Part shown: piece by piece, positions 36,856 through 46,576 of the stretch
How the letters are laid out: the number at the start of each line of letters is the position of its first letter
Position numbering within the stretch: the stretch's first letter is position 1
Source: Polyangiaceae bacterium
Lineage (GTDB): Bacteria > Myxococcota_A > Polyangia > Polyangiales > Polyangiaceae
NCBI GenBank assembly: GCA_035622655.1
Contig: DASPUY010000274.1
Coordinates: 3,320 to 67,319 of the forward strand
Direction: 5' to 3'
DNA: 64,000 nucleotides
Program-made: the position numbers and the translations under genes
The notes under the pieces: generated by a model
The model's database searches: none
Told to the model about the DNA's origin: nothing
Seen by the model: only the letters and a program-made list of their open reading frames with translations

Positions 36856-37611
36856 ATGAGCACCCGTTGGCATATCGGCGCCAAGCAGCTCCGGGGTGCG
36901 GTCGCAGCGTACGCAAAGCGCTTCGATCTCCTCGAGGTGCGCGTGGCCGTTGCTGGCGAGTCAGCCGAGTCGGACGGGGCCGCCAGCCCCGCCCTGGCGA
37001 CACTGCGCCGGTGGCGGAGGTCGGTCCCGCCGTCCTTCGATTTTGCCGTCGTCGCGGGCTCCCAGCTTGCGCGGGTCCGACCGGGCGACGACGCCGAACG
37101 AGAGCTGGAAGCAGCCAAGGCCGCAATCGACGTTCTTCATGCCCGATGCTTCGTGCTCCGCACGCCTCCCGAGGTCACCCCGGCCGCAATCTGGCGCGAC
37201 AGGATCGCAAAGCTCGCGTCGCGGTTTCCGCGTGACGTGACCCATTTCGTGTGGGAGCCGGGCGGCGTATGGGAGGTCGAGGACGCGGCGGGGCTGGCAC
37301 GAGCCTGCAATGCCGTCCTCGCCGTGGACCCGGCCCGCGAAGTGGTGCCCGTGGGTCCCACGGCATATCTGCGACTCAGGGCCCTCGGCGAGACTCGCTC
37401 GTTCAGTCCCGCGACGCTCGAACGCATCGTCAGCGCGGTCGGCCCTCGCCGCGAGGTGTTCGTCATCATCGAGACCGATTCAGCTCTCGTGGAAGCCAAG
37501 CGGTTGCGTAGCCTCGTAAGACGCATGCGATCGGCGACCACCGGAAGCTCGGCGAGGGCGCTGCGCTCTCGTGTCGGAGGCATCGTCGTTCGAGACGACG
37601 AGCAGGAATGA
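36856..37611 (+). CDS. DUF72 (UPF0759) family protein
   Basis: YAKRFDLLEV, PPSFDFAVVAG and CFVLRTPPEV resemble the conserved DUF72 blocks. Moderate confidence by eye. Confidence 0.5.
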   Translation: MSTRWHIGAKQLRGAVAAYAKRFDLLEVRVAVAGESAESDGAASPALATLRRWRRSVPPSFDFAVVAGSQLARVRPGDDAERELEAAKAAIDVLHARCFVLRTPPEVTPAAIWRDRIAKLASRFPRDVTHFVWEPGGVWEVEDAAGLARACNAVLAVDPAREVVPVGPTAYLRLRALGETRSFSPATLERIVSAVGPRREVFVIIETDSALVEAKRLRSLVRRMRSATTGSSARALRSRVGGIVVRDDEQE

Positions 37612-37671
37612 TCAGGTGCCGAGGGCGAGCGCGACACGTCGCAAGGCACATGCCGCCAATCGCCTGCGGGC

Positions 37672-38673
37672 ATGATGGCTGACAAGGTCGCTGCGGCGTC
37701 GGTGCCTGAGTCTGCGTCCGCCGCACGCGACCTGCTCGCGCGCGGCAACGCGGCGGATGCCGTGGTCGCCGGAGTTGCCGCTGCGGCAGCGGCCTCGGCC
37801 ACTGTGCTGCTCGGACCCGTGCAGATACTGATCGGAGGGGGCGGCTCCGGTCTGCTGGCCTTCGATGGGCGTTCGCGCCAGCCGGGACGGGGCGCTCCGA
37901 GACCCCGAGGTTTTCTCGCCGACGAGGTCATCCCGGAGGCTGCTCGAGTCGCCGCGCCCGTGCTTCCCGCGACCCTGGCAACGGCGATCGCCTCCGTCGG
38001 TTCCGTGTCCCTGCGGCGGGCATTGCGTCCGGCGCTGGAGATCGCACGCGCGAAATCGCCCGAGCGCGCGACCGTGCTCGAAGCGTTCAGCCGGCGTGGG
38101 GCCCCTACTTTCGTGGAAGGATTCGTTGCGAGCGAGTTGCTCGCCGTCGCCGGCCGAGCCACGCGTGGGCTTCTGACCACGGATGACTTGCGCTCGATGC
38201 GCCCTAAAATCGCCCGCTGCCATGAACGAGGCCACGACCTCCCCGGGGTGATCACCGTTCCGTGGTTCGCGGATTCCGACTGCGACGCATCCTGTACGCA
38301 AGTGGTCGCCGCGATGGACGCCCGCGGAATGGCCGCCGTGGCGTGCTACGAGGCGCCGCACGAGGGTGTGGAGATCCGTGCATTGGGCCTCGTTGCTCCG
38401 AAGAGCGCTGCGCCGGTCTTGCGCGGCAAGACGAGAGTCGCTCCGGGTGCTCCGCGTCCGAGCGCGGCCCCGATCGCTTTGAGGACGAGCGGCGGCTCGG
38501 TCGATCTGGCAATCGGCATCGCCGCGTCCACGGACGGGCAGAGCATCTTGTGCGGCTTGCTCCAGGCGCTGGCTGCGGGCGCGAGCTTCACCGCGATCGC
38601 CGGGGGGGCCGGACAGGGGCACGCGGTGGCCCTGATCAAGAACGACCGGACCCTTCGGGTGATCGGTCCCTGA
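37672..38673 (+). CDS. hypothetical protein with N-terminal resemblance to gamma-glutamyltransferase family (likely degenerate)
   Basis: AARDLLARGGNAADAVVAGVAAAAAA-type N-terminus as in GGT. At 333 aa it is much shorter than GGT, and no obvious Thr nucleophile motif is seen. Confidence 0.3.
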   Translation: MMADKVAAASVPESASAARDLLARGNAADAVVAGVAAAAAASATVLLGPVQILIGGGGSGLLAFDGRSRQPGRGAPRPRGFLADEVIPEAARVAAPVLPATLATAIASVGSVSLRRALRPALEIARAKSPERATVLEAFSRRGAPTFVEGFVASELLAVAGRATRGLLTTDDLRSMRPKIARCHERGHDLPGVITVPWFADSDCDASCTQVVAAMDARGMAAVACYEAPHEGVEIRALGLVAPKSAAPVLRGKTRVAPGAPRPSAAPIALRTSGGSVDLAIGIAASTDGQSILCGLLQALAAGASFTAIAGGAGQGHAVALIKNDRTLRVIGP

Positions 38674-38686
38674 TCGAGCCGGATCC

Positions 38687-38920
38687 TCAGAACCGCGTCA
38701 GGTCGACACCGTGCCGGCGCGCGTACTCGGCAATCCCCAACTTGTCGATGCTGCGGATGTCACGCGTCGTGAGGTTCAGTGTCACGAATCGCCTGAGCTC
38801 GGGCACCCAGATTCGCCGGTGCTGCACGTTCACGTGCTGCCACCGGTTCGTCTTGATGTTCGAGTGCGAGACGTTGTGCGCTTTGAGCCTGCGCTTGCCC
38901 GTGATGTCGCTACTGGCCAT
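38687..38920 (-). CDS. rpmB: 50S ribosomal protein L28
   Basis: 77 aa. Motif ITGKRRLKAHNVSHSNIKTNRWQHVNVQ. Confidence 0.93.
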   Translation of the reverse strand: MASSDITGKRRLKAHNVSHSNIKTNRWQHVNVQHRRIWVPELRRFVTLNLTTRDIRSIDKLGIAEYARRHGVDLTRF

Positions 38921-39035
38921 GGTGCGCCCAGACGCTGCCGGACGACTCGGCTTCTGTCAAGGACGGCGAGCCGGTTTCTTGCTTGCTTCGGACGAGAGCG
39001 AGGGCGCGCGCGGCGCGCGCGCTCACAAGGAGGAT

Positions 39036-39893
39036 TCATGCGGTCGCGGCGTGGCCCATGAGCGCGACCCTCCCCAGAATTCCGACGAGCCTGCGGCACC
39101 AGTCGCGTACGGAGTCGAAGTGCGGAGACGGGCGCAGCGTGGCTTCGTCGAGGTACAGCCGACGGGCGAGCTCGACCTGGATGGCATGCACGTCGTCTGC
39201 GGGACGCCCATAATGCTGGGTCGTGAACCCGCCCGCATACGGGTCGTCGTGGCGAACGGTCCAGCCGATGCCCACGGCGTGGGCCTCGATCGCGCTGATG
39301 AATGGCGCGGCTGCGCTCTTGCGGCCGCGGGATCCGGGGACGACATCCGCGCGCTGCTCTGCCGGGCAGCTCGAATCGCGTCCGGACGTGAGGAGTCCAC
39401 GTTCGATGCTCGGCATCGAGTGCGCCGCCAGGACGATCGCCAGCCCGAAGCGAGCGCGCTTGCGTTCGACGATCGCCGCGAGCTCGCGGTGATACGGCCG
39501 CCAGACGAGCTCGAGGCGTTCGTTGAGCTCCGTCGCGGTCAGCCGGCGCGTCAGGGCCCGCTCGCCGTCGCTGGTGCTCCGCCAAATGAGCCCATGGTGC
39601 ATCCGCAGATCGACCCGGCCGCCCTCGACGACCTCGCTGTCGACGTCACCCTCCGACCGGTTCAGATCGATCACGTAACGCGATGTCCGGGCGACGAGCA
39701 GGGTGGCCCCCTCGGCAGGAGCATCCGCGTACAGCATGTCCACGTAAAGATCGGCGTCGCGCGCTATCGACCGCGCCGATGCGGCAAGTGGCTCGAGGAA
39801 GGGTGGCGCCAGCTCCAGGCCCGCGTGAGGAATCTCGACGATGACGGGAGTCTCGGGCCCGACGGGATCAACCCGCTGGAACGGAGGACGCAT
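39036..39893 (-). CDS. N-formylglutamate amidohydrolase family protein
   Basis: Motifs seen: VIVEIPHAGLELAP, SRYVIDLNRS, VLAAHSMPS, NDPYAGGFTT-like (HDDPYAGGFTTQHYG). Confidence 0.65.
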   Translation of the reverse strand: MRPPFQRVDPVGPETPVIVEIPHAGLELAPPFLEPLAASARSIARDADLYVDMLYADAPAEGATLLVARTSRYVIDLNRSEGDVDSEVVEGGRVDLRMHHGLIWRSTSDGERALTRRLTATELNERLELVWRPYHRELAAIVERKRARFGLAIVLAAHSMPSIERGLLTSGRDSSCPAEQRADVVPGSRGRKSAAAPFISAIEAHAVGIGWTVRHDDPYAGGFTTQHYGRPADDVHAIQVELARRLYLDEATLRPSPHFDSVRDWCRRLVGILGRVALMGHAATA

Positions 39894-40042
39894 TGCTACA
39901 CGGCAAACCTAGCAGCTTTTGCACCGGTGGCGGATGACCTGGCGAAACGATGTCCTTCGTAAACTCCCGCTCGCGAAGGCCGCTCTGCTTGCGCGGGCGT
40001 GCCTGCCCTCCGGCGGGCCGCTCCGGATCGTCCGCTCCTTCT

Positions 40043-40975
40043 TCATTCGCGCGCACGTGGATGCGACTTGCCATGAACGCGGCAAACATGATCGGCGGTC
40101 ACGTGGGTATAGATCTCTGTCGTGCCGAGGTCGGCGTGGCCCAACATCGCCTGAACGGCCCGGAGGTCGGCTCCGCCGCGGAGGAGGTGGGTCGCGAACG
40201 AGTGCCGGAGCTTGTGGGGCGAAGGCAGCGGGAAAATCCCGGCCGCGATCGCGTAGCGCCGTACCACCTTCCAGAAGCCTACACGGGTGAAACGTCCCCC
40301 CCGGGGAGAGACGAAGAGCACCGACTCGCCCGGCCGCGCATGGCGGGCCCGAACCTGTTTCAAGTAACGTGTGACGTGAAGGAGCGCGACTTCCCCGACG
40401 GGAACAAACCGACGCTTGTCGCCCTTGCCGCGCGCTTGCACGACCCCACGATCGAGGTCCAGGTCCGAAACCCGAAGACTACAGAGCTCACTGACGCGCA
40501 GACCGGACGCGTACATGAGGTGGAGCATCGCGGCGTGGAGGCTTCCCCGGTCGGTCGAGACGTCCGGGGCATCGAGTAACCGAGCGATTTCTTCGTGAGA
40601 GAGCGCGCGAGGAACCTTGGTCGCCGTCGACGGCCGATCCACGAGCAAGGTCGGGTCCTCGCCGACGGCGCGCTCTCGAACGAGAAACCGAAAGAATCCG
40701 CGGAGGGCCGACAGCTGGCGGACTCCGGATCTCGCCGATACCCCCCGATCGAGGTTCGACGCGATCAAAGAGGCTATGGCGTCCGGACCGATGCTCGAGG
40801 GGTCCCGGTCGCCTCCGACGTGATGCGCCAGCGAGCCGAGGTCGCGCGCGTACGCCTCGAGCGTGTTCGTGGACAGGGCGCGTTCGAAGCGCAGGTGATC
40901 CAGGTACGTGTCAATCCAGCCGTGAAGATCCACCCGATCCGATCGTAGAGTGCGAACGGAGGTCGGGCCAAGCAA
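40043..40975 (-). CDS. xerD: site-specific tyrosine recombinase XerC/XerD family
   Basis: Motifs seen: LSTNTLEAYARDL, ASGLRVSELCSLRVSDLDLDRGVVQARGKGDKRRFVP, HKLRHSFATHLLRGGADLRAVQAMLGHADLGTTEIYTHV. An alternative in-frame GTG start lies at 40933. Confidence 0.87.
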   Translation of the reverse strand: MLGPTSVRTLRSDRVDLHGWIDTYLDHLRFERALSTNTLEAYARDLGSLAHHVGGDRDPSSIGPDAIASLIASNLDRGVSARSGVRQLSALRGFFRFLVRERAVGEDPTLLVDRPSTATKVPRALSHEEIARLLDAPDVSTDRGSLHAAMLHLMYASGLRVSELCSLRVSDLDLDRGVVQARGKGDKRRFVPVGEVALLHVTRYLKQVRARHARPGESVLFVSPRGGRFTRVGFWKVVRRYAIAAGIFPLPSPHKLRHSFATHLLRGGADLRAVQAMLGHADLGTTEIYTHVTADHVCRVHGKSHPRARE

Positions 40976-41771
40976 ACGGCGGCGTCGCGGCGGCGACCAT
41001 CGCGCGCAACCGCGGTCGTGGATCGTCGTCGCGCATCAGGGCCTCGCCCACGAGCGCTGCGTCGGCCCTTCCCCGCGCGATCGCGGCTACATCTTCGGGC
41101 TCACGCAGTCCCGACAGGTGCACGGCCACCCGATCGACGGGGATGGCGCCCAGCAGGCGCGCCGTGCGCCGCGGGTTCATCGCAAGCGTGTCGAGATCGC
41201 GAGCGTTCACGCCGATGACCCGCGCACCCGCCGACAGAGCGACCTCCAGCTCGGGCTCGTCGACGACCTCGACGAGCGGCTCGATGCCTTCCGTGCGCGC
41301 GCAGTCTGCGAGCCGGCGCAGGACCCCTGGGTCGACGATGCGCGCGATGAGGAGCACGGCGTCACCGCCGCGATCTCGTGCTTCGTGCACCTGCCGCTCG
41401 TGGACCACGAACTCCTTGGCCAGAAGCGGGACCGCTCGACCGGCGGCGTCGAGGGCTCGTCGTGCCGAGCCGAGGTGATCCCATGATCCGTCGAAAAACG
41501 GCCCGTCGCAAAGAACGCTGACCATCGACGCGCCGGCCTCGGCGTACGCGAGGGCGCGCTCGGAAGGCGCGAGGGCGCGGGAGAGCGCCCCCGCGCTCGG
41601 GCTTCGCAGCTTGATTTCGCAGACCATGCGGAGGGCACCGTCCGGCGAGCGTGGCCGGCGCAGAGCGCCGACCACGTCGATTGGCTCGCGGCAGGACCGC
41701 ACACGTGATCTCTGACACAGGAGATCGACCTCGCGCTGCTTCGCCGAGAGAATCGAAGCGAGCCAGTTCAC
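40911..41771 (-). CDS. trpC: indole-3-glycerol-phosphate synthase
   Basis: Start set at GTG 41771, a GTGA overlap with the trpD stop. Motifs seen: CEIKLRSPSAG, VSVLCDGPFFDGS, LLAKEFVVHERQV, GIEPLVEVVDEPEL, IGVNARDL. Confidence 0.85.
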   Translation of the reverse strand: MNWLASILSAKQREVDLLCQRSRVRSCREPIDVVGALRRPRSPDGALRMVCEIKLRSPSAGALSRALAPSERALAYAEAGASMVSVLCDGPFFDGSWDHLGSARRALDAAGRAVPLLAKEFVVHERQVHEARDRGGDAVLLIARIVDPGVLRRLADCARTEGIEPLVEVVDEPELEVALSAGARVIGVNARDLDTLAMNPRRTARLLGAIPVDRVAVHLSGLREPEDVAAIARGRADAALVGEALMRDDDPRPRLRAMVAAATPPFAWPDLRSHSTIGSGGSSRLD

Positions 41772-42802
41772 GGCGTCGCCTGCGCTCGTCGGGCCGCCCG
41801 TCTCCATCGATCGAGTGTATCTCGCGCGTGGCCGCGATCGAGCGCGAGCCGCGCTCGCTCGGCGCACGACCGAAGGTCGTCGCCCGTTGCGACAGCGATG
41901 GCGGCGGCCGCGTTGAGAAGCACAGCGTCCCGAGCGGGATGAGGCTCACCGGCGATGATGGCCTGCAGAGACCTCGCGTTCTCCTGCGCGCTGCCTCCTG
42001 CGATGGACGCTCGATCGCAACGCTGGAGCCCGAAGTCCTCGGGCGCCACTACCCGCTCACGCACTTCACCGTCGGGCGTGAGCTCGCTCACGCGGGTCGC
42101 AGAGCATGGGCTGACCTCGTCGAGCCCGTCCTCGCCGCAAACGACCCAGGCGCCTTTCGAGCCCAGTAGGCCGAGGGCGCGTGCCGCCAGAGGCCTGAGT
42201 CCGTCGTCGTAGACCCCGACCAATTGATGCGTGGGACGCGCCGGGTTCACCAGCGGGCCCAGTGCGTTGAAGATCGTCCGCATGCCCAGCTCGCGGCGCG
42301 CCTGCGCGACGTGCCGGTAAGCCGGATGATGGGTCTGGGCGAAAAGGAACGCGATTCCGGCCTCGTCCAGAATCTGCCCTTGCAGCGCGGCGGGGAGGTC
42401 GATCGGGATTCCGAGGGCCTCGAACACGTCGGCGCTCCCGCACTTGCTCGAAACCGACCGGTTGCCATGCTTCGCCACGCGAAGCCCGCATGCGGCCACC
42501 ACCAGCGCCGCGCCGCTGGACAGGTTCAGGGTGTGAGCTCCGTCGCCCCCCGTTCCGCACGTGTCGACGACCAACGAAAACGAGTGCTGTACCGGAGTCA
42601 TCGCCGCGCGAATGGCCTTTGCCGCGGAAACGACCGTTTCCGCGTTCTCGCCCCTCATCCGGAGCGCCACGATGAACGCGGCGACCTGTACGGGGGTCCA
42701 TCGCCCTGCGAAAATGTCGTCGAAGGCCGCTCGGACACTGTCCGACGGCAGTGGAGTCCGACTGAGCAGGCGATCGATGATCTCGGGAAAAACACCCGTC
42801 AC
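41768..42802 (-). CDS. trpD: anthranilate phosphoribosyltransferase
   Basis: Start set at GTG 42802, a GTGA overlap with the trpG stop. Motifs seen: [61 protein letters not shown]. Confidence 0.9.
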   Translation of the reverse strand: MTGVFPEIIDRLLSRTPLPSDSVRAAFDDIFAGRWTPVQVAAFIVALRMRGENAETVVSAAKAIRAAMTPVQHSFSLVVDTCGTGGDGAHTLNLSSGAALVVAACGLRVAKHGNRSVSSKCGSADVFEALGIPIDLPAALQGQILDEAGIAFLFAQTHHPAYRHVAQARRELGMRTIFNALGPLVNPARPTHQLVGVYDDGLRPLAARALGLLGSKGAWVVCGEDGLDEVSPCSATRVSELTPDGEVRERVVAPEDFGLQRCDRASIAGGSAQENARSLQAIIAGEPHPARDAVLLNAAAAIAVATGDDLRSCAERARLALDRGHARDTLDRWRRAARRAQATP

Positions 42803-43434
42803 GACGGCATCTCCGTGCCACGTCTCCGGGCCAGCCGCCCGAGCCAGTTGCCGAGCAGTCTCTTCCCTTCGGTGGTGAGCACGCTTTCCGGGTGGAATTG
42901 TACACCCTCGACGGGATGCTCGCGATGGCGCAGGCCCATGATTTCCCCCTCCGAGGTCCATGCGCTCACTTCGAGGCACGTCGGGAGCGATGCGCGCTCG
43001 ACGAGAAGCGAGTGGTACCGAGTGGCCTCGAACGGCGATGGGATTCCCTCGAAGACGCCGCGTCGGTCGTGGAGGATCGGCGACGTTTTGCCATGCATGA
43101 GGCGGCCAGCCCGCACGACCCGGCCGCCGTACGCCTGCCCAATCGCCTGATGGCCCAAGCAGACGCCGAGGATGGGAAAGGCGCCGCCGAGGTGTCGCAC
43201 GAGGTCCAGCGAAATGCCGGCTTCGTCCGGCGTGCAGGGTCCCGGAGAAATCAGGATCCCTTCGGGACGGGCGGCCCGCACGCCGGCGACGTCGATCGCG
43301 TCGTTCTTGTGGACCTGGACCTCCGCGCCGAGCTCGGCTGCGTACTGCACCAAGTTGAAGGTGAACGAATCGTAGTTGTCGATGACGAGGACGCGAGCCG
43401 CGTACGGAGGCGTGGAAAGCGCAAAGGGAGTCAC
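42799..43434 (-). CDS. trpG: anthranilate synthase component II / aminodeoxychorismate synthase glutamine amidotransferase
   Basis: GTG start. Motifs seen: [50 protein letters not shown]. Confidence 0.88.
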   Translation of the reverse strand: MTPFALSTPPYAARVLVIDNYDSFTFNLVQYAAELGAEVQVHKNDAIDVAGVRAARPEGILISPGPCTPDEAGISLDLVRHLGGAFPILGVCLGHQAIGQAYGGRVVRAGRLMHGKTSPILHDRRGVFEGIPSPFEATRYHSLLVERASLPTCLEVSAWTSEGEIMGLRHREHPVEGVQFHPESVLTTEGKRLLGNWLGRLARRRGTEMPS

Positions 43435-43487
43435 AGAGGGAGCTCGGTGGGCGAGAATGGGCAGGGGCCTGGCCCCGGCAGGAGCAT
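43431..43487 (-). promoter_or_regulatory. candidate 18-codon proline-rich upstream ORF translationally coupled to trpG
   Basis: AGGAGG lies 6 nt upstream of ATG 43487. The peptide is [18 protein letters not shown]. Its TGA stop overlaps the trpG GTG start (GTGA), and trpG has no SD of its own. Confidence 0.3.
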
Positions 43488-43608
43488 GGAGGCCCTCCTC
43501 ATGCCGGTCAACCGGAGGCTTGACCGCGCTCGATGGCGCCCGTTGCCGCCGCCATTATCCGACACGGGCAATTTCATCGAAAAGCGCGTCTCAGGGCTCG
43601 TCGTTGCG

Positions 43609-43638
43609 TTGACATTCGCGCATTGGGACACGTAAGGT
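43609..43638 (+). promoter_or_regulatory. candidate sigma-70-type promoter (TTGACA-N18-TAAGGT)
   Basis: A perfect -35 hexamer at 43609-43614 and a -10-like TAAGGT at 43633-43638, 15 nt upstream of ATG 43653. Confidence 0.3.
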
Positions 43639-43652
43639 CTCGCGGACTCACG

Positions 43653-44816
43653 ATGGCGGAAGAACGAAAGCCGAAGATCGATCTGAAATCGCGCCTGCAG
43701 AAGATGGGTGCGCCGCCAGGAGCGACGCCCCCTCCGCCCGTGACGGGAAGCGTGCCTGCGCCTGGACGTGGTCCGGCCCCTCCACCCCCGGCATCCATGC
43801 CGCCGGGGATGCCACGTCCGGGCATGTCGGCGCGCCCGCCCCCCGTGGACATGTCGAGTCCACTGGCTGCAGTCGCTCAGCCATTCGCCGTTCCAGCCGC
43901 CGCGGTCGCCGTCGTCCCACAGCCGCAGCGAATCGAGATGGACGAAGGAGTCGTTCGGCAGGCTCGGAGCAGCTCCTTCAAGCGCGGATTGATGGTGGGC
44001 GTTGTTTTTGGGGGCGCGCTTCTGGCCCTCGGATGGGTGGCAGGCAACGCGGCGTCCCAGGGCGCAGCACATGCTCAAGGCGTTCACGACGCGCACGATC
44101 TGGCGGGCGACGTCCTCAAGGCCAAAGACTCGCTCGACCAGCTCAAGCAAAAACTGATGGATGGGGGCAAGGCCCTCATTGCCGACCGCAAGTTCCCTAC
44201 GGATCTCGGCCAGCAGCTGTCGGGCATGAACGTCGACTTTGCTGGCGACAAGCTTTTCGGGCGCCGCTTCAGCGGGGTGCCCGCTGACACGACACGCCAG
44301 CTCTTCGACTTCATCACGCGGGTGCAAGCGCTCAACGACAAGAAGGATCTGGTGGTGTCGCTGCTGGCCAAGCTGCAGAAGCCCATCACCGAGGAGCTCA
44401 GCCGGCCGCCGGGCCAGCTCCCGATCTCCTATGTCGTCGTGGTCGACAAGGATACGCCTTCATCCGGCGCGTTCCTGGCGCCGCTCGCCGCTCCTATCGC
44501 GCCCGACGACAAGAACGGCGTTCCGGGAGACTTGACCTTCGCGAACCCGCGTGGGGGAGGAAACGTCAAGCTTCCGAGGCTGGTGACCGACAAGGTCCCG
44601 CCCACTGGAGCCGCGATCACGGTCGTGCCCAACACGTTCGAGAAAGTTTGTCCGAGCACGACGCGTGGCCAGATCGCTCAGCTGATGAGCTCCATGAACT
44701 CGCTCGTCGACGACATCCAGGGTCAGAAGGCCGAGGGCGACGTCATCTCCGAGCCCAAGCCCGGCTTGTCCGACGTTGCCGCGAAGCTGGCGGACCAGCT
44801 CGGCAAGGTGAACTGA
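43653..44816 (+). CDS. hypothetical membrane-anchored protein (Pro-rich cytoplasmic N-terminus, one TM helix, periplasmic domain)
   Basis: Internal ATG (MAEERKPKIDLKSRLQKMG). TM helix LMVGVVFGGALLALGWVAG. No family recognised. Confidence 0.5.
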   Translation: MAEERKPKIDLKSRLQKMGAPPGATPPPPVTGSVPAPGRGPAPPPPASMPPGMPRPGMSARPPPVDMSSPLAAVAQPFAVPAAAVAVVPQPQRIEMDEGVVRQARSSSFKRGLMVGVVFGGALLALGWVAGNAASQGAAHAQGVHDAHDLAGDVLKAKDSLDQLKQKLMDGGKALIADRKFPTDLGQQLSGMNVDFAGDKLFGRRFSGVPADTTRQLFDFITRVQALNDKKDLVVSLLAKLQKPITEELSRPPGQLPISYVVVVDKDTPSSGAFLAPLAAPIAPDDKNGVPGDLTFANPRGGGNVKLPRLVTDKVPPTGAAITVVPNTFEKVCPSTTRGQIAQLMSSMNSLVDDIQGQKAEGDVISEPKPGLSDVAAKLADQLGKVN

Positions 44817-44822
44817 GCCGGT

Positions 44823-45215
44823 TCAGCCGCGCCCGGCGCGCCCCCACACGAGATCCTCGCCCCGCTGCCCGATCGCAGCTCCGATGTCGACGTAGCCGCG
44901 CACGAGGAGTGCGGTGCATCGGAGCGCACGCGGAACGGGTACGACACGTTGACCGAGCCATCGGCGCCACGAGGGTGCGTCGCGCACTGCCCCGCCGAGA
45001 ACCACCACCGTGGCATCCATCGGCAGCGTCGTGACATCCGGTAGCTGCGCGGCGATCTGAGCCAGGCTTTTGCGGTCGTCGGTCGGGGTCTGAAGCAGAA
45101 CCGCGACGTCGGCGGCGTTTTCGCTCCAGCCGCTCAGGCCGAAGGGGACGGCAGTGCGCTTGGTGTCCCGAACGCGTGTGTACAGGCGAAGCGCAGCCGG
45201 GCAGGGCGCTTTCAC
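44823..45215 (-). CDS. hypothetical protein
   Basis: 130 aa. The GTG start forms a GTGA overlap with the stop of the upstream CNNM gene, which suggests coupling. No family recognised. Confidence 0.35.
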   Translation of the reverse strand: MKAPCPAALRLYTRVRDTKRTAVPFGLSGWSENAADVAVLLQTPTDDRKSLAQIAAQLPDVTTLPMDATVVVLGGAVRDAPSWRRWLGQRVVPVPRALRCTALLVRGYVDIGAAIGQRGEDLVWGRAGRG

Positions 45216-46489
45216 GATGCCGACGAAGCCGGACGCATCACGCGGTCGGGAACGATCTCGACTTTGACCACACGAGTAGCGTCTGCTTCACGCACGATGA
45301 ACTTGAGACCTCCGACCTGAAGCGTGGCGCCCACGTTCGGCACGCGGCCGGCGCGGCTGATGATGAGACCCCCGAGCGACTCGAACTCTCCGTCGTCCGG
45401 CAAAGGCTTTCCGAGGGCCTGGGCGAGATCGTCCAGGTGCACCGAGGCGTCGGCGACGACGTGGCCTTCGCCGATCTTCTGGATCGGAGCGTTGACGTCG
45501 TGCTCGCCGCGAAAGTCGCCGACGATCTCCTGGACGATGTCTTCGAGAGTGACGAGGCCGGACGTGCCCCCGAACTCGTCACTGACGATCGCCACGTGCA
45601 GGCGCCTCGAGCGCATGTCTTGCAGCACCTTTGCAGCCGGCTGATTCTCGCTGACGAAGAGCACGGGCGTGCGGGTCACGTCGATGAGCCTGGTGCTCTG
45701 CATGCGATCGTCGCGGACCACCGCGAAAAGGTCCTTCGCGTACAGAAGACCCAGAACGTTGTCGAGATTCTCTCGGAATACGGGATAACGCGAATGCCTC
45801 TCGGATGCGACCAGCGCCACCGCGTCGGAAAGTGGAGTTCCGACTTCGATGCCCAGGACATGGCGCCGCGGCACCATCACCTCGCGGGCGGTCAAATCTT
45901 TGAAATCGAGCACCTTGCGGATCATCTCCGCCGGCTCGTTCGCGATGGCCCCCGCCTTCTCGCCTTCGGTCACGAGCCACTCCATTTCGGTCTCCGCAAT
46001 GCGTGCGTCCGTCGAGCGCGATCTCGGCACGCGCCGTCGCACGGCCCGGCCGATATTCGCCAGGGGATCGGCGAGGGGCGCGACGATCCATTCGAGGGGC
46101 CGCAGAAATGCGAGACACAGGGCCCCCACGCGCTCGGGAAGCCGTCGGGCCAGCGTTCCCAGGATCTCGGTGAACGTCCCGTACGTCAGGACTGCACCGA
46201 GAACGGCGGCGGGGAGCGAGAATCGGTCCAGCCCGAGCAGGCGTGCTGCATCGCTGAGCAGCACGCTCGCCACGCTCACCGCGACGACCCGACCGACGAG
46301 CCAGCGCGAGAGCAGCCGAAGTGGATCCTGCGTGAAGCGGCGGAAGGCCGCACCCGTCCCCTGTGGTTCTGCGCTGAGAGCTTGGAGACGCCCTTCGGGG
46401 ATCTCGGTCAGGGCGGCGTCACTGGCGGCGAACAGCGATCCGATTGCAGTCACTACTGCGGCCGCGACGAGCTCGAGGGCAGGTGTCAC
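45212..46489 (-). CDS. CNNM/DUF21-CBS-CorC_HlyC family transporter (hemolysin-family protein)
   Basis: N-terminal DUF21 TM region, a CBS pair (VMVPRRHVLGIEV...SRYPVFRENLDNVLGLLYAKDL...HVAIVSDEFGGTSGLVTLEDIVQEIVG), and a C-terminal CorC domain. Confidence 0.88.
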   Translation of the reverse strand: MTPALELVAAAVVTAIGSLFAASDAALTEIPEGRLQALSAEPQGTGAAFRRFTQDPLRLLSRWLVGRVVAVSVASVLLSDAARLLGLDRFSLPAAVLGAVLTYGTFTEILGTLARRLPERVGALCLAFLRPLEWIVAPLADPLANIGRAVRRRVPRSRSTDARIAETEMEWLVTEGEKAGAIANEPAEMIRKVLDFKDLTAREVMVPRRHVLGIEVGTPLSDAVALVASERHSRYPVFRENLDNVLGLLYAKDLFAVVRDDRMQSTRLIDVTRTPVLFVSENQPAAKVLQDMRSRRLHVAIVSDEFGGTSGLVTLEDIVQEIVGDFRGEHDVNAPIQKIGEGHVVADASVHLDDLAQALGKPLPDDGEFESLGGLIISRAGRVPNVGATLQVGGLKFIVREADATRVVKVEIVPDRVMRPASSAS

Positions 46490-46576
46490 CCAGCATCACC
46501 TACAGTCACTCCAGGCTAGCCGATTGCTGCCAGGAGGTCTACCCGAGGCCGCGCGCGCGGCTCCCCATTGGAGCGC

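Noticed and set aside
40043-40975. Tyrosine recombinase as marker of an integrated mobile element
   Set aside because: It has full XerC/XerD-type motifs. There is no adjacent tRNA, flanking direct repeats, phage or transposon genes, or compositional shift. The neighbours are trp and housekeeping genes.
43435-43652. Classical trp attenuator/leader peptide upstream of trpG
   Set aside because: No tandem Trp codons occur in any small upstream ORF, and no obvious terminator/antiterminator with a U-tract is present. Only the Pro-rich uORF, reported separately, was found.
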